This document shows positions 52,706-52,749 of a stretch of 52,749 nt of DNA, in pieces. The notes under the pieces were generated by a model. It was given only the letters and a program-made list of their open reading frames with translations. It ran no database searches and had not been told where the DNA came from. The translations under genes and the position numbers were made by a program. Within the stretch, counting starts at the first letter, position 1, and every line of letters starts with the position of its first letter. Where the stretch lies: assembly GCA_964629335.1 (NCBI GenBank), contig CAZVRH010000005.1, positions 1-52,749 of the forward strand, written 5' to 3'. This DNA comes from an uncultured Woeseia sp. (lineage in GTDB: Bacteria; Pseudomonadota; Gammaproteobacteria; Steroidobacterales; UBA11654).

Positions 52706-52749
52706 TTATTCGCCAACGGACTCAATCCAGATTGGAGATGACCATGCCG
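52706..52749 (-). CDS. 3' end of a CDS entering from beyond the window (possibly DUF3604/PHP-like)
   Basis: Minus frame reads ...AWSSPIWIESVGE*; AWSSPIW resembles the C-terminal motif of DUF3604-type proteins; only 44 nt are visible. Confidence 0.4.
   Translation of the reverse strand, partial: AWSSPIWIESVGE

Overview
Bacterial chromosomal window: AT-rich and densely coding, with very short or overlapping intergenic gaps. Gene content and order suggest a streamlined marine gammaproteobacterium (SAR86-like; this is inference, not a taxonomic result). Layout: (1) 12-6048, four minus-strand tRNAs (Pro-TGG, Arg-TCT, His-GTG, Lys-CTT) interrupted by accessory genes (diiron ferritin-like enzyme, MORN-like protein, type I sulfatase, MFS, SAM methyltransferase, cyclophilin); (2) 6175-36087, core housekeeping genes (folD, ppiA, lpxH, purF-cvpA-dedD-folC-accD-truA-asd-aroC-prmB, psd, efp, parC/parE, katG, xseB, pgpA-thiL-nusB-ribF-ribB-ribD-nrdR-glyA, purL), with several genes usually found in these clusters absent (trpFBA, leuCDB, ribH, riboflavin synthase, ribA, ispA/dxs, epmA/epmB); (3) 36190-36953, a near-consensus Fur box ahead of an unannotated 46-aa membrane peptide and a divergent P19/Tpd-type iron-binding protein; (4) 37026-52749, an accessory catabolic block (alkylsulfatase, MBL hydrolase, haloalkane dehalogenase, GST, UbiD-like enzyme, amidohydrolase, beta-carbonic anhydrase, carboxyltransferase, acyl-CoA dehydrogenase pair). 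I found three small membrane-protein ORFs missed by the ORF track and two distinct Fur-family-like operators (Fur box; ICE-like palindrome before katG). I saw no rRNA, CRISPR array, integrase or transposase. All calls are by-eye motif recognition; no database search was run.
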